DNA from: Camelus dromedarius
Taxonomy: Eukaryota
NCBI RefSeq assembly: GCF_036321535.1
Contig: NC_087436.1
Location: 109,990,001 to 110,054,000, forward strand
Length of the DNA stretch: 64,000 nucleotides
Reading direction: 5' to 3'
The notes below the pieces were generated by a model. It had not been told where the DNA came from, did not search any database, and was given only the letters and a program-made list of their open reading frames with translations. A program made the position numbers and the translations under genes. Position 1 is the stretch's first letter. The number at the start of each line of letters is the position of its first letter. This document shows positions 48,300-62,480 of the stretch, piece by piece.

Positions 48300-49990
48300 A
48301 TCCATAGTCAAGTTTCTGTAATTGCCCCAATATTATTCCTTATAGCTACTTATTCCAGGATTCAATGCAGAATCCTTCACTAATTCAGTTGCCCTATTTC
48401 CTTTGTCTCTTTCAATATTTTTCTTAATCTTGACATTTCCTAAGAGCATAAACCAGGCATTTTATAGAATTCCATTCTATTTATGTCTAGATTTATTTGT
48501 GCATGTTTGGAGGAATATCAGAAGTGATATGCCCTTTTTTGTGCATCACATCATAGGATGTTGATTTTTCTCAATATTGGAGATTTCAACTTTTCCACCA
48601 TGAAGTTTCCTTTGTGTCAACTAGGTAATTTGTGGGGAGATACCATGTTATAATGTAATACCTTGCAAGTCATTAAAAATGTACTCATTAGTTTGAGCAT
48701 CTAGTAATTTTCTTATTCCATCATTCCTTCTATATTTTTTATTTAATATTCTACTGTAAGGAAGAGCTTTGCTTTCTCTCTCTCTATTGATTAACTGATT
48801 GATCTATTGATACAACGATAGACTCGAGGGTTTTTATATTATTCAGTGAGCTGTAATACATTATTGCCATTATTTACATCAGTCCTCAAAATTTCCCAGT
48901 CTTGGAGAGGTGGAGCTCTCTCAAGTTGGCTCCTCTGTGCTTTTGATAAGTTCCCATCATTCTTAAATAACTTTATTAATTTCTTATCTATTGATGATCC
49001 AGATATTCTGCCCCAATCCTGCATTTAGCTTTTTCTCCAAGAATCCATAGTTATTGTTACTGGAAAGCAGGATTTGGAAACAATTTGCACATTTCTAATG
49101 AATTGACAATAATGGTTCTAGCCCTGCTCAACATACAGAGATGGGAAATGTGTGCACACACACACGTGCACATGTAAGTATATATTTATATGCACATATA
49201 TAAACATATTTACCTATTTCTATTTGTTTCTTTCTCTCTGTATGTATGTGTTTGTGTCTGTCCACAGAAATACAAGTATATTTGCCTATTTCTCTCTCTC
49301 ACTCTCTTCCCATATGTTTGTGTGTGTATTTACATATATATGTGTGTGCACTTATACACATATATGTATACATGTATATGTTTGTTTATGAAATATGAGT
49401 ACATTCTGAGGTATTCAGTTCCGCTCCAGCACTGCAGGGTATATTTAATTTTACACTTTTTTATATCAAGAACTTTTTTAACCAATAGCAAGAAATTCGT
49501 CTCCTGTTATCTTTAATATATTTACTCATTTCTCAAGTTAAAAATACATAAAAAGTAGTTCCTGAGTTCTGAACCAATATCATTATTTAAAAAAAAAAAA
49601 ACTCTGCTAACTAGAGCCCCAAATTTTGTATACCTCTTTTTAATGGGGGGATGTGAAATTTATGTATAATGATATGAATAGATCTCAAGTGTACTATTAG
49701 ATGGATGTGACACCATCTACACCACTGTCAAGAGAGAACCTTTCCAGCCCCCACGAAAATTCCACTGTGCTTCTTGTCAGCCAACACATCTGAATCCCCA
49801 CTTTTCTGACTTTTTTCCTCATTCATTATGTTTGCCTCTTTTAGAACTTCCTATAAATGGATCCATACGGTATCTAGTCCTCTGGTTGCATTTGCTAATC
49901 ATAATGTTCAAGATTCATTCCTGCTGTATACGCGTCAGTAGTTCACTGAATGTATTTCTCCGTATTACTCTGTCATATGTGTATACTACA
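48300..49990 (-). mobile_element. Old L1MC/L1ME 3'-end fragments
   Basis: ccaggattcaatgcagaatc...ttcagttgcc; taatttgtggggagatac; tttgcctcttttagaacttcctataaatgga. Confidence 0.7.
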
Positions 49991-52900
49991 AGTTATTTGT
50001 TCTTTTGGAATAAGAACCAACTGTATGCCTTACATTAGAAGTCCTCTATCTGTGCAAACTCAAAGAGAAGACCCTCTCAGAGCAGTCACTGCCTCTACTG
50101 GTCTTGGTTTTCCTTGTGGTATCCATGAGTCTATGAGGAAAGGGCAGGGAAACCTACTCTGCATTTCATTGTTACTTGGCAGTACCTGTTACTCGGCTTG
50201 CTCTCCATTCTAGTCCAAAACCCAGTATCCGTTCAGAGAGAAAATTGTTACCACATACACACACAAATGGATGTTTTCAGAAAGTACAGTTTACTGTTCA
50301 GAAAAATCACAGGAACTCAGCTCGGTACAGGCTTAAATCTTTGAACTTTCTTTTCTCTGTCAACATTGTTATGCCAAATTAATCACACTTGCATGAAGGG
50401 ATAAACTATGTCCTTTGCAAGAAGTTTTAACACTGTGTTAAATACAGGTAAATAGGTTAAAAATATTTTTTTAATGCACACTGTGTCTGGAACTTTAGCG
50501 TGCTAATAAGAATTACGAATCTTCATAGAGGAATGTGACAGTGTTCTACAGCACTTTCCAAGCTGATCTGGGGATAAAACTACTTTTCCCCTAATTGGAG
50601 AAAGGCAGGTATTTACACAGGCAACCGTTCTACAGGAATCTTCTTGCACAAAGTCTTCCCTCATCCAGGTATGTGACGGTACTTAATTTCCTCATTCCTT
50701 TGAGAGTAAGATGGCATTTAATTATCTTCATTCCTTCTCATTCCTTTCTGACTAGGTCCAGATACATCCTCTGTTGGGCCCTTTTTTTTTTTTTTTTTTA
50801 CTTTTCTGATAGCCTCATGCTTAATGAACTCAACCACTGTTAACATTTTAAGCTTTGTTTATGGAAGATTATTTGCTCATCTATGTCATAGCCATAGATA
50901 AATGTTTCTTTATTTAGCTGAATCTTTCTGTACTGAGCTTTTATTATTCTCTACCCTTTGCCCAGGTTCTCATCCATATCTTCACAGATTCCTTGTTCTT
51001 TTCTCTCTCAAACCTATTGACTGTCTCCTTCAGCTCAGTACTTAGCAATCCAAATGCTCATTGAAGTCATTTTACTTTTAGAGATTTAAAAAAATTAGGT
51101 TGGACATCATCTCAGGAAATATTGAAAATCTCATTTTCTTCCCCAACATTCCTCTGAATATCTAGTGACTCTGAATGTCCTGTGTTTGCCAAGCTCCAAA
51201 TTTCATTTCTGCCTCATTTCCTAAAATTTTTCTCTAAAAGACACAAATATGTGATAGAAGCTTTTTCTTGATTTGACCAGTCCACTGTTCAAATGTTCAG
51301 TCTGATTTCTACCATTTTCCAATTTAATACTTTTCCTTTATTTCTTTTTTGTTTTTAAATTCACCCATGTATCTCCCATATTTTCTGAAATTTGATAATA
51401 TTTTAAATATGTATATAAAATGCAACAAAATGAAATGTAATATATAAATGCCAAGTTGTCCTCTAAAATTCAAGCACCCTGGATCTAGACCCCATGGTTT
51501 CCCATACACTGTTACTATGATGATATAATAATTGCTTCTTCTAAAATTAAAATATCCAGATTTTCTTTTCATTTGATTTATGAAATGCAAATCTACTTAA
51601 TCTGTTATTATTATAAAAATATATCTTGTGGATAAATAATATCATAGACTATTAAATTAGAACGATCAAATCAGTAAAAGAATGATTTCTAATCAGTTAT
51701 ATCAACCAGAAGAAAAGTAACAGCCAATTGGTAAATTTTTTTTTTTCTTTTTCAGCACCTATTTGCTTTATGCATTTTCTTTGCAGTCTTAAATTGAAGC
51801 ATGAAAGAGTTATTTGATAAAGTATCATGGTTAAATTATGATTCAGGAAAGCTCTGGCACAGTGGATTTTTATGACTATCTTAATTGTGGAGCTAATGCA
51901 AGCTATAGATTTATGCTGATTAAATCCAGATGGCTTTCTCTCTTGATCCTTAGAAGTTTAAATTGTCAGTTACTGATTCTCCCTTTCCTACTGTGTATTC
52001 TTAGTAACAATCTCTCTCTTCCTTATTTTGAAAAGATATGCCAATCTTTGTTTTACATTTGGTTGAAATTTTCTGCATAGTAATGTTTGAGTTAATGATA
52101 TTTTAAACTTACAGAAAAACAACAGAAAGCATGTTTTAAAATATCCAAAGTCTTCATTAATACCAAAAGTTCTTATACTTACAAACAGTAAGACTGTTCC
52201 TTTTATGATTCAAGCTAATTATTTGTTTGAAGACTCAGAAAAATAAAATTGCTGAACAATCCAACTTTATCTGTGTTTGTGTTGACTACATTGAACTAAG
52301 TTATTTGGAAATAAAGTCTCACTGCTTTAGCCAAATTTAATTTTGAAAGGTACATATAAAAATGGATCCCTGATCCCTACTTATACAACCAAACAAATAA
52401 AAAGAAAAAAAAAATAGAAAATTTCCAGGCTGAAATGGATTTTCTAAGTGTAGCTAACTGATTGCTGAGTAATCTGTGGTGTTACCGCTAACTCTTAAAA
52501 ATACATAATAATTAGAACAGATTAACCATGGCTATTTCTCCAAGACTGCTAACTAGTGTCAATGCTCACTAATACATGAAAGCAATTAATTGTGGGGTTC
52601 TCTTGGCAGTTTAGATTGTATACAAAATGGGAAACATCAAATAAATACAGATGAATAAAGAATTAAGTGAAAACAAAACGCTAATGTCTTTCTTCAGCTC
52701 AAGCAAGTGAGGATGCATGATTTTGACGATGTTCCATATGAAGAGCTGTCTCCAAACAGGGTTTGATTTTCTCTCATCTGATGCTACTTTAATGAATCAG
52801 TCTCACCTCCCAAAATACTTTTCTTGAATAAGACTAGCTTGGTTCCGTACTCATAATGACTTTTGCATTAAAGGCTGCTGAAAGAAGTTTGAATTTCTTT

Positions 52901-53091
52901 TAAGAAGAATGAATGGTGATTAGAGAGATTTCAACTGGTCCGTAACATAAAAATAGAGATTCTTATCTGTCCTCCCTACTTTGAAAAAAGAAATTAAATT
53001 CAGATACTATGTTCTACAATGAGAAAACACAAATGCTGATTATAAAACTCAAATACCTTATAACAATATATTCTCATTATGGTTTAATCTA

Positions 53092-53142
53092 GAAAATAGA
53101 GAAAAATATGAAAAATGTGAAAATAGAGAAAAATATGAAAAA
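53092..53142. repeat. Short tandem duplication, 24-bp unit
   Basis: gaaaatagagaaaaatatgaaaaa at 53092-53115 and 53119-53142. Confidence 0.85.
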
Positions 53143-53479
53143 AAATTGAATAACAAATACATATTTTAGGAGAAGTGAATTCATTTCTTTCCTTTATTTT
53201 TATAATAATCAGCTCTAAGATCACACTATACATTGTTGTGTGCACTGTACTTTTCATTTAATATTGTACTCGGTTATATTCAGATATCATGACTAATGCT
53301 TGAAAATATAGTTTTTGATACCTACTGACACTATTTCATAAAAAAAGAATGTATTAATTCCATGATTTTGGAGCATTTAATGAGTTTCTAGTTTCACATG
53401 TTTAATAATAGTTTCAGACACTATTAATTTAAAAAATTAGATACATATTTTTATAAATGGTTTCTTACTAATTGTATAA

Positions 53480-53730
53480 TCACGGTTAAGAGTCTAGGTA
53501 TGGAGTCAACGTCTGTATTCAAACTTCGGTTCCATGACATGGGAGCCATATAACCTTAGTAAAAGTATTAAGGGATCTATATCTGGAGGTTTTTTTACTT
53601 GTAAATGAGCATAATGATAATAATAATTATACTTCTTTCATATGGTCATTAATGGATTTAAATGAGATAATACCTATAACGTGTTTGGCACACTGCTTGA
53701 CACAGTGATGCTGAAATCATCATCACCATC
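53480..53730 (+). mobile_element. MIR SINE
   Basis: ggttaagagtctaggtatggagtcaa...ttcaaac...gatttaaatgagataat...tttggcacactgcttgacacag. Confidence 0.75.
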
Positions 53731-54049
53731 ACTAGTCGTCTTTAGATTCCATCATTTATAACAGAACTCTCTTGACAATGCAAGTTGATAAAATGAAGGC
53801 TCTGAAAGGTCTCAAAATCAAGTACTTATTATCTACTCAACACATTTCACCAGAGAATCCTTTTACTAATAGCTGTTCTTTTTAATTAGTATTTTGTAAT
53901 ATAGACATGTAGTAATTTTACTGTAAATAAAAAATTCCATAGCATTTTTTTCCTGGACCTTTGTGTCTGCCATCTGGTCCAGTGCCGATATTAATATTTG
54001 CCACTCCAATTGTGCTGTTATAACAATCCACAATGGTAATCTTTTAGCT

Positions 54050-54690
54050 GAGACACTCCAGCCAGTTTCTAACCACCAAAATCTGTCTTAATAACTATTG
54101 ACAGATTCATATTCTAAATGTCCAGTTCTAATCACATCAAAGACCCAGGGCAGTCTCCTTCAAAGAAACTTTCACTCAGCACTCCCAATTTTTCACATGC
54201 ATCCAAGCATTTCCATGACCCAGTAAGTCATTTCCCAACTCTGTTTTCACTGGTGAAAATATTTTCTATGACCCTAGAAACCTGAGATAAAGGTCCTATA
54301 ATTTCTTGCCTATCTTTTTTGCCCCAACTTTTCCTTATATCCAAAATATCGCTTACATTCTCTTCACAAGTTTGCATCCTGTTTTTCCATTTAGAGCTTG
54401 CCATGTTCTTCATTAAAAACATCCCTATTTTCTGTAGGAGGAATACAGTTTCCTTACTTTAGCTTCTATGGCTCCTATTCTCTGATTTGTATTCTCATAT
54501 TGGGTATGCTTCTTATGGATTTGTATTAGTTCTGACCATCGTTAGAGTATTTTATGTACACGTTTCATCTCCATTGCAAAACTGTAAGCTTCTAAGCAAT
54601 GTTTCTTATCCATATGATCTTTGTAGCCATCACAGCACCAGAAGAATGTTTTCCAGATGTCAGTTGCTCATGGATTTGTTAAATATGTAA
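54050..54690 (+). mobile_element. Decayed L2
   Basis: actgtaagcttctaag...tttgtagccatcacagcaccagaagaatg...gttgctcatggatttgttaaat. Confidence 0.5.
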
Positions 54691-56611
54691 TGATCTACCC
54701 CTATATGAAGGTTACCATTACTTCTGCTGAAAATCCTACAGGTCACTCTTCTATCTCATGTATATAGATAATAAAATTGGCTAAGTGTTCTTATCTGGAA
54801 TTCATAAATGCCCCCCCCCAAAGAACAATATGCTATTAGCTTGCTTTAGGCAGCAAAGATCTTTTTGAAATAAATTTAAAGTGATTGAGGAGCTAAGGAG
54901 GTTTTTTTAAGTATGAAATTTTTATGAAAGGACCACCATCTAAGCAAGAGCAGAGGTCAGAGTCTCCTTTATCTGCCAAGAAAACCAGAAATCTATCTAA
55001 GACTTTAGTGCAATTATTGGACTTAAAGAGCGTGAATGTGTCATTTCTAATGTGATTAAGAGACTATACCAGGAATATTGGATATCATAATTGTCAATTA
55101 ACACGAGGTTCCAATTATTATTCACTATCTCTGTTTTCATAATTGTGTCCTGGAGGCTTGGCTTTTCCATGAATTACTGAAGGTGATTCTATTTTTAGGA
55201 ATTTCTGATTTCCTGGGTTTAACTAAGTGGTACCTCATTGTGCTAACAAATGTATATAAAGAAAATATTTCGAGGAAATAATTGTCACTGGACAAACAAG
55301 ATGAAATTGGATCACACACCTTCACACCTGAGTAAAGAAATCTGGGAAGGAAATGCTGGCACTTAAACCCTGGTACCTCCCTCTGGAGTCCTGCGGGCGG
55401 CACAGTGAATCACAGCCCTCCTTTGATTTCTTTTGGCCTGTTTGCTCTTATCTCTTTAGAGGCTCAGAACTCAGGAAAGCCAAAACTCCCTCCCTCATTT
55501 CTAAAACAGAGAAAGGGAAGAATGCCTGGAATTTGTCAAGAAGATCCTGAAATTAATATTATTGTACTTCTCGTTTTCCATCAACTTAAACCTAAAGTCC
55601 AGTTTCCTTTCTAAACAAAACCTTTCTTTGGAAAAGGAAAGCCTCTTCGTTATTATCACTGGTGAATATGACAATACATTTTCTCAGGTGAAAAATATAT
55701 TCTTCTTTTTCTTTATACTCAAAATCTGATCTTTGTACTTGGGATTTCTTATTTTGTACGCAATTGCAAAATTCAAAGGTCCATATTCTTCAAAGTCAGT
55801 ATGAACAGGTCAAGTTACAGCAGAGAGTATAGGAGAGAGGAGGCTTGGCTCTGGCTCGCTCTCTCTCTGGGAGGCAGAAGGTATTTATGCATTTGCCAAA
55901 CCCTCTCTATCGGAAGTCCCCTCTCCTCCTCCATTCTGCTATTCCCCTCTCTACTTATTTCAATTGACTTTTAATGATGACTTTGTAATGTTCCTTTCCT
56001 CAATATTCTAAAAATGTAAAGACAGTGTTTTTCTTACTGTTGTCCCTTGCTGAGATGCTACGAGTGGGATTGTCTGCTGAGATTGCTTTCCTCACTCCCT
56101 CACTCCTACTGCCTTCACTGAGCAACTGATAGAAAAAAATATGTGTGTGTGTGTTTGTGTGTGTGTATATATATAATTAGAATACTCATAACTAAACTCT
56201 CTTAGGATGAGCCACTCACAAATAGGGCCCTGCTTATTTAGGCTGCATTCCTATCCTTCCTGTGGGACCGGTGTTTCATGCTGGAGGCTCAGTGTGCATG
56301 GAATGCCCCTGAAGTACTTGAATTTGCAAGAGAGGCCCGGAAATTTTGCAAGAACTGTCTTTCCTTTTAATTTCCTGGTGCTTCCTGTTTTCTATTAGTT
56401 TTCAAGCATGAATCCCTTAAGTGAGGAAAAGCAATCGCATTTGTTTAGGAAACATTCTCCCTGCCCAACTTTCTTCAAGCAAGGTAAGCGCAATCTTGAC
56501 CTGGTTACTCTTAAAAGCTCTGCTTACTGGCCAGATGATGTTTTATAAGATACCATAATAACGAGTGCTTGCTCTTTCTCTGTTTCTCTAGAAAAGGCAA
56601 TTTTTTTTAAC

Positions 56612-56860
56612 TCTTAAATTAATTAAACAAGGAGACCATATTAGACTGAGGTGGATCTAATGCAAGGGGGCCTACGTGAGCAAGCTAAAATCTAAGCCTT
56701 TAAATATTTCAAGACTACTGAGACAGGATTTAGGCCTTAAGCTATAGCCAATCAATAATTTTCCTACTTTGCTTCTGCTTTTTCCCTGTTAAAGTCTTTC
56801 CCCATCTCCTATAGGTGAAGCCCTCTCACCTACTTCCGGTTTGGAGCTACCCTGCTCCAA
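56612..56860 (+). mobile_element. ERV1-type LTR fragment
   Basis: aaacaaggagaccatattagactgaggtgg...agccaatcaataattttcctactttgcttctgc...cttccggtttgg, a U3-like CCAAT/ETS arrangement. Confidence 0.45.
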
Positions 56861-57049
56861 TATATTTCTTAGGAGGTTTTCCACAAAAAAAGAAGCAAGG
56901 ACTGAATAACACTCGGTTGATTAAACCCAGTTCTTTTCTCATTCTTCTACTTTTATTTCTGTGGGTCTTTTGGTTTGTGTTTTTGCTTTTTGTCCTGTGA
57001 TTTTTCTTCCACAGTGACCTTCGTCTCCTGTTCCCTTTTTTTCTCTTAT

Positions 57050-57430
57050 AATGTGCTCACTGAATACATACTTATCAAGCACCTTCTATGTTATTTGGTT
57101 TTCTTCTTATTCCTCCTATAAATGATAACTAACCTTTTATATGAGGCAAATATTGTGATAGGCTGAGAGTTCAGTGATAAACTAAGCAGATGTAAACCCT
57201 GTCATCAGTGAACTTGCAATCTGATGATGGAGACTGTTATTAAACAAACAGACAAAAACACATATACATAAAGGATAAGTGCTATGCAATAAAGGGGTGG
57301 TTACTATGTGATAAACGAACAGAATATGCCTGATGGTAGAGTGTTTAATCCGGGAAGATCTCCATAAGAAGATAAAACTTGGATAGAGTCCTGAAGGATG
57401 AGAAAGGAGCAAAAGAGACAGATATAATCA
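57050..57430 (-). mobile_element. L2 3' fragment
   Basis: aaaccctgtcatcagtgaacttgcaatctgatg...ataagtgctatg...gagtcctgaaggatgag. Confidence 0.7.
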
Positions 57431-58169
57431 GGGCCACTTAGATGGGCCTTTCACCAAGCACAGGGACTGTTAAAAATGAGAATGATATTCTCCTTGCTTT
57501 AGGGTATGCAAAACTCTCACTTTGATGCAGAACACTCAAAGATCTATATTTCCAAACTTGACTTTCCCTGAGTTCTGCTACACACCAGAGAGCTCTAAAT
57601 GGAAGGTTTTAAGGTCTATTGAATCAAATCCATCATCTACTCCCCAAAGCTATTCCCTCAAAACTCACACGTGATCACAGGGATGGATTGGTCTGGTGTG
57701 TCTCCTTGAAACCCTCTATTAAAATATTTTCTAAAATATGTAAAAAAAAAAGCAAAAATTGACAACAGATCTATGGATTAAAAATTAGTAAGAACATATG
57801 TTCAGTACAGATAAACCTTCTAGCGGTTCTGTGAGTGTTAATAGACTGAGCAACATAATTCTACAAGTGGCATATGTTTCAATCTAATGCCGGATAAGAT
57901 GTACTCTCAAAGAAATCACAAAAAGTTTTTGCCTTTTTTTCTTCCATTTTGTCTAATTGAGGAATATAGAGGGTGTGCTTGATTAGAAAATTGGATGCTG
58001 TTGGAAAGTGAAGGAGTTCTCTTAACCTCAGTCTTTGAGTAGTTGAAAAAAGTGCGCTTGACTTGAGTGCAGTTAGAAACCTTAGGTCTAACTGTGAGGG
58101 GAAGAAAATACTCTCCCTCGTGCAAGGAGCTGTTGGACAATCAAGTATTTGTTGGGTATCAGTAATTTA

Positions 58170-58565
58170 ATGAAAGTCTGTGCACAGTGCTCTAGCCACA
58201 CTGGCTCTTTCTCAAACAGGCCAACCCTACTGTACCTCAGTGCCGTTGCACTGGCCATGCATGTCTGTTTGGAATGTTCTATGCCCACCTGTTTGCAGAG
58301 AACCTCCCTTTCTTCATTCAATTCTCTATCCCGTCACATTTCCCCTCTACTCTATTCCTGTAACTCTTTAGCCCCTTACGCATGCTTTATTTTCCCAGTA
58401 CTGATATTATTTTATATATATATTCATATGTTGTTTTTTTACTGTCTGTCTATCACATAAACAGGAACTGTTTCTGGCCTGTGTTTCACATGTCCCCATC
58501 ATCTAGAAGAGTGTCTGCAAGTTAGCAAGTGCTCAGTATATATTTTCATGATAATTTAATGGATA
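58170..58565 (+). mobile_element. L2 3' fragment
   Basis: ctctagccacactggctctttctcaaacaggcc...ttgcactggcc...tggaatgttct...gtgctcagtatatattt. Confidence 0.75.
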
Positions 58566-59109
58566 TCTGAAGGCTAAAAATAGTCTAGCCATTGACTGAA
58601 TGATGAAGAGCACCACAGACACAGTCATCATCTCTGTGAATAGATGAAGATTAGAAACAAGTATCAGAAGCGAACACAGAAATTCTGTTTATTTTTAAGG
58701 AAATCTATGAAAAGATTGCATTTTCCTAAAATTCAGAAAAATAAGGTTCCCTGGAAATAATCACTTAAAAAAAAAACAAACTTTCAAAAACATTACCCAA
58801 GTATCATAAAATATTTGCAAGAAGGTATGTTTTTAATACATTGAAAGTAAGCTATCATAGGGAGATATGATGAAATAATTTCTGAGATGCAAAATAATCA
58901 GATGAATATGTGAAAAAATAATCTAAGGACATAAAATGCAACAGCAAAATTGAAATATATTTGCAGGCAGTGAAATAAGAACAGGCATTGTTGAAAACTA
59001 AACCAAAGCTGTAAAGACTGTTCAGAATGCAGAAGCAAAAGAAAAATAAAGAAAATGATTGCAGAAAAGAAATATTCAGAACAGAGAAATGATTGTTTGA
59101 GAAGATAAC

Positions 59110-59320
59110 TAGAAATAATGACAGTTGGCATTTATATAGTGCCAGGCAATGTTCTAGGTACTTAAATTATTATTAACCATTTAATACATACAATAACCCC
59201 GTAAGTAGGTATCATTATAATTTCCACTTTACGACGGTAATGCTGAGGCAGGGAGAGACTGTGGGAATTGTCCAGCGTGGCAGAACTGAAATGGGAAATC
59301 GGGCCATCTCTGTCAAAGTA
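59110..59320 (-). mobile_element. MIR SINE
   Basis: catttatatagtgccaggcaatgttctagg...caataaccccgtaagtaggtatcattataatttccactttacga...ctgaggcagggagag. Confidence 0.8.
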
Positions 59321-61739
59321 TCCAAGATATATGTACTAATTCCACCAGTGAGAATTTTAATAAAGGTAGTTTACTTTTTATTTATCATATGATCATTTTA
59401 TGGCCACTTAAAATTGTATTCTCTGTATTGTTACTATTCTTTGTCTTCTTCAATTGGTAAGTGGATTTAAAAAAAATATTTATGACTCATAATACTGTTT
59501 CTGCCAAAGTTTCCGTGTATTTATCATATTATTTTATATGTCTTTGCCCATCCTTTAATTTTAAACTTTTCTGAATCATATTGCTTCCAGTTTTTTGCTT
59601 TTATATAATATATTATATATATATATATTTGATTCAATATTTGCTATAAAAGATATGTTTGATCTAGCCCTACCATCTTGTTTGAAGATACATTTTCTTC
59701 ATTTCTTTGGGGGCTTTCTGGCAGCAGAATTGAAGAAATACATCTTCTGTTATTTTACAAGAATCACTCAGCTATTCTTTTGACAGTTTTTATTTCTGAT
59801 TTCCTTAGATCTGAATAATTTAAAGCCAAGAGTTTCTCTCGGCCAATAATTCAGTTGTCAATCAGTAATATTGAAAAGCTATTTAACAAGGGAGTGAATG
59901 GATATATTATTTGGTTTGTTAAGTGCATCAGAAAGAAATATAGAATAATTAAGGAATTAGCTATACCATAATAGTAAAAGAAAATCATGCCCTTTGAATG
60001 CAATGAGCATAGAATCCTCTTTCTTAATGCTCCTTATTAATCTCAGGATAAACATATATCCCCACAGAGGTGATCTTTTTGTCTTCTCATTCTAGAAAGT
60101 CTGCTACCAGAACAGCAAGATAGTCATTCAAATGTTAAAAAGGCTTTTTGCACCCATGCAGGTAGCTCTCACATATTAATCTGTTCTCTTAGACATTTAT
60201 CTGCTAATTGGAATGCTACTGGAACTCAGAGAGTTTTATTATTAATTCTGAAGGAAATTCTAAGATTGCTCTGTAATTAATCATGAAAAGAAACAGACAG
60301 AGCTAGATGGCTTATTTCTTTATTGTATGGGAAATGCCTATGAAATTATAACATTAGCAGTGTCTCTAAAAATAAAATAAATGAATTTATCTAGTTATAC
60401 TAGTTTTTTAAATTTTAAAAATCATTTTAAAGATCAGTGTATTTAAGTGATTATTCTGTCTTTGCATAAATTTTACAATATCCAGTGTCAGAAAGAAAAA
60501 ATTGGGTCTTATTCAAGTTTCGAAATGTACTTTCTCCTGTGTCTATACTATTGGGGCTTATTTGAAAATTGTGAGAAGCTGCCTGAATGATCAGAGTGAT
60601 TCACTTACTTTCCAAATAAATTTTTAAAAGAGAATGTAATTCACTACATGCTGAGAGAATGCTGTTGCCTCTGTTGAACTGTCCACAGTTGCTTTAAATC
60701 CTACAAGATCATAAGGCACAGTGGATGGGGCTGCTGTCTGTCCTTTTCACAGCTGCATCCCAAACACCTAGGATGGTGAAGAGCACATAACACAACCTAA
60801 ATTTTGATGGCTCTTCTATTTGCAGTGGTTGATTGTCCAACAATAACCTGTGTGTGTATGTGTTGTGTGTGTGTGTGTGTGGTTCTTTTGTTTTTTACAT
60901 TTTATCAAAGGATTTTACCATAATAACCATTCAATTGTGTGTTTATCCAACAGGGTAATACTACTTGAAGAAACACAGATACAGAAAATAAATTAACATT
61001 CTTGATGGTCTTAAAGAATTTACAAAAATGTAAAAGGCATTTAATACAGAATATTCAAGATGTCAGTAGAGTTCCTATTTACTCAATCTGTAACCAATCC
61101 TGGGAGTTGGATAGGAAAATTATCCTGATTTCATAGAAGAACCAGTGCTCAAGTGATTTAATACTTGACCTGAGTCATTATGCTAGTGAGGAGGAAGCAG
61201 GTTTTCCTGACCCCAAACCCAGCAGAACTTGACATACACAAAAATGTAATTCTTCCTTAATTAACTCAAAGCAGTGGCTGTGTTTGATTTTTTGGAAATA
61301 AATTGAGAGATGTATCTTCCTGGAGATGTATATAATAAACATGAATAATTCCAGTTTTCCTGATGCAAAACAACATTATTTACACAACAACAAAACAGAA
61401 TCATTGTTTTTATCATAGATTTTTAGATGAAAAGGGAAATATCATGGTGTAAAATAAACTCATCAGTTTTAAGACACACTACTTTTTCAAAAGTGCTGAG
61501 AGTATTAAAAAATGTATGGGGGTATAGTTTTTAATTTTAAAAACTCTACCTTTCTGCTAGCACCTTCTGCTACCTTGGCTGATCAAAGTCTTCTAGACCC
61601 TTTAAGTCCCAACTTAAATTTAAAACCATGCCTTTTGGAAATTGTACATAACCATAGCAATCTCATCAGTCTTCTAAAGGGAACTGTATCTTGACTTCTT
61701 TTGTTATGGTAATTCTCTTGTTACTTAATCTTGCATTGC

Positions 61740-61895
61740 TTTTTCACACTCAATCTCATGTCATGTTCAATCTAAGCCTAAATTTTCTCATTTGCAAAAC
61801 AAATTAAGAAAAGTAATAGTCACTGGACAGGGTTGTTGTGAAGATACTCTTGTAAAGTATTCTCGCTCTGCTGGATACCAGTAAGTTATCAATAA
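61740..61895 (+). mobile_element. MIR remnant
   Basis: tctaagcctaaattttctcatttgcaaaa...cagggttgttgtgaagata. Confidence 0.65.
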
Positions 61896-62267
61896 ATACA
61901 GGTAATATAAGGTAGTGTGAGCAACAACTAACTTCTGTAACACTGCTGCGATGGACTTACTACCCTGATTTTGAAAAACAATAAAACTTAGGCCCAGATG
62001 GTTAAGAAATGTGCTGACAGCCACACAGGCATGGAAGGACAAGGGCCAGAATTCAAGGGCATTGACATTCACGTTGAGAAGCAAACGAGGCAAGTGTGAG
62101 AACAAAGCAGGACAAAGCTGCATGGACTGTGAGACACACATAAGGGAGAGAGGCAATCGTAGGAGAAGCTGGGGAGGGGGTTGGGGAAAGAAGGAAGCCT
62201 CAGACCTTTGTCACCAAAGATTTTGCCCAATCCCCAACCTATTTCCTTAATTTCCATAAAGTATCTG

Positions 62268-62316
62268 GAAGAAATGATGATCAGCATTAATATGAAGAAA
62301 TGATGATTAGCATTAA
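62268..62316. repeat. Short tandem duplication, 23-bp unit (1 mismatch)
   Basis: gaagaaatgatgatcagcattaa at 62268-62290 and gaagaaatgatgattagcattaa at 62294-62316. Confidence 0.9.
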
Positions 62317-62480
62317 AAGCTAATTGAGCATTTACTATGTACCAGGCCCTGTCCTAAGAACTTTCCCTGAGCTTACCCATTGATTCTTCAGTATCCTTTG
62401 AAGATAAGGAAACTAAGGCTCAACTAGTGGGTGACAAGGTCAGATTTCAACCTTGGATAATCCTACCATAGAAACCTACA
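62317..62480 (-). mobile_element. MIR remnant
   Basis: ttgagcatttactatgtaccaggccctgtcctaag...agataaggaaactaaggctc. Confidence 0.7.

Noticed and set aside
57916..58140. ORF with the repeated peptide TQVKRT/TEVKRT showing synonymous-looking differences
   Set aside because: Only 6 residues, no known family and no exon structure; likely coincidence. A tBLASTn search would settle it.
62170..62195. Possible G-quadruplex
   Set aside because: Only three G-tracts of 3 or more in close spacing.
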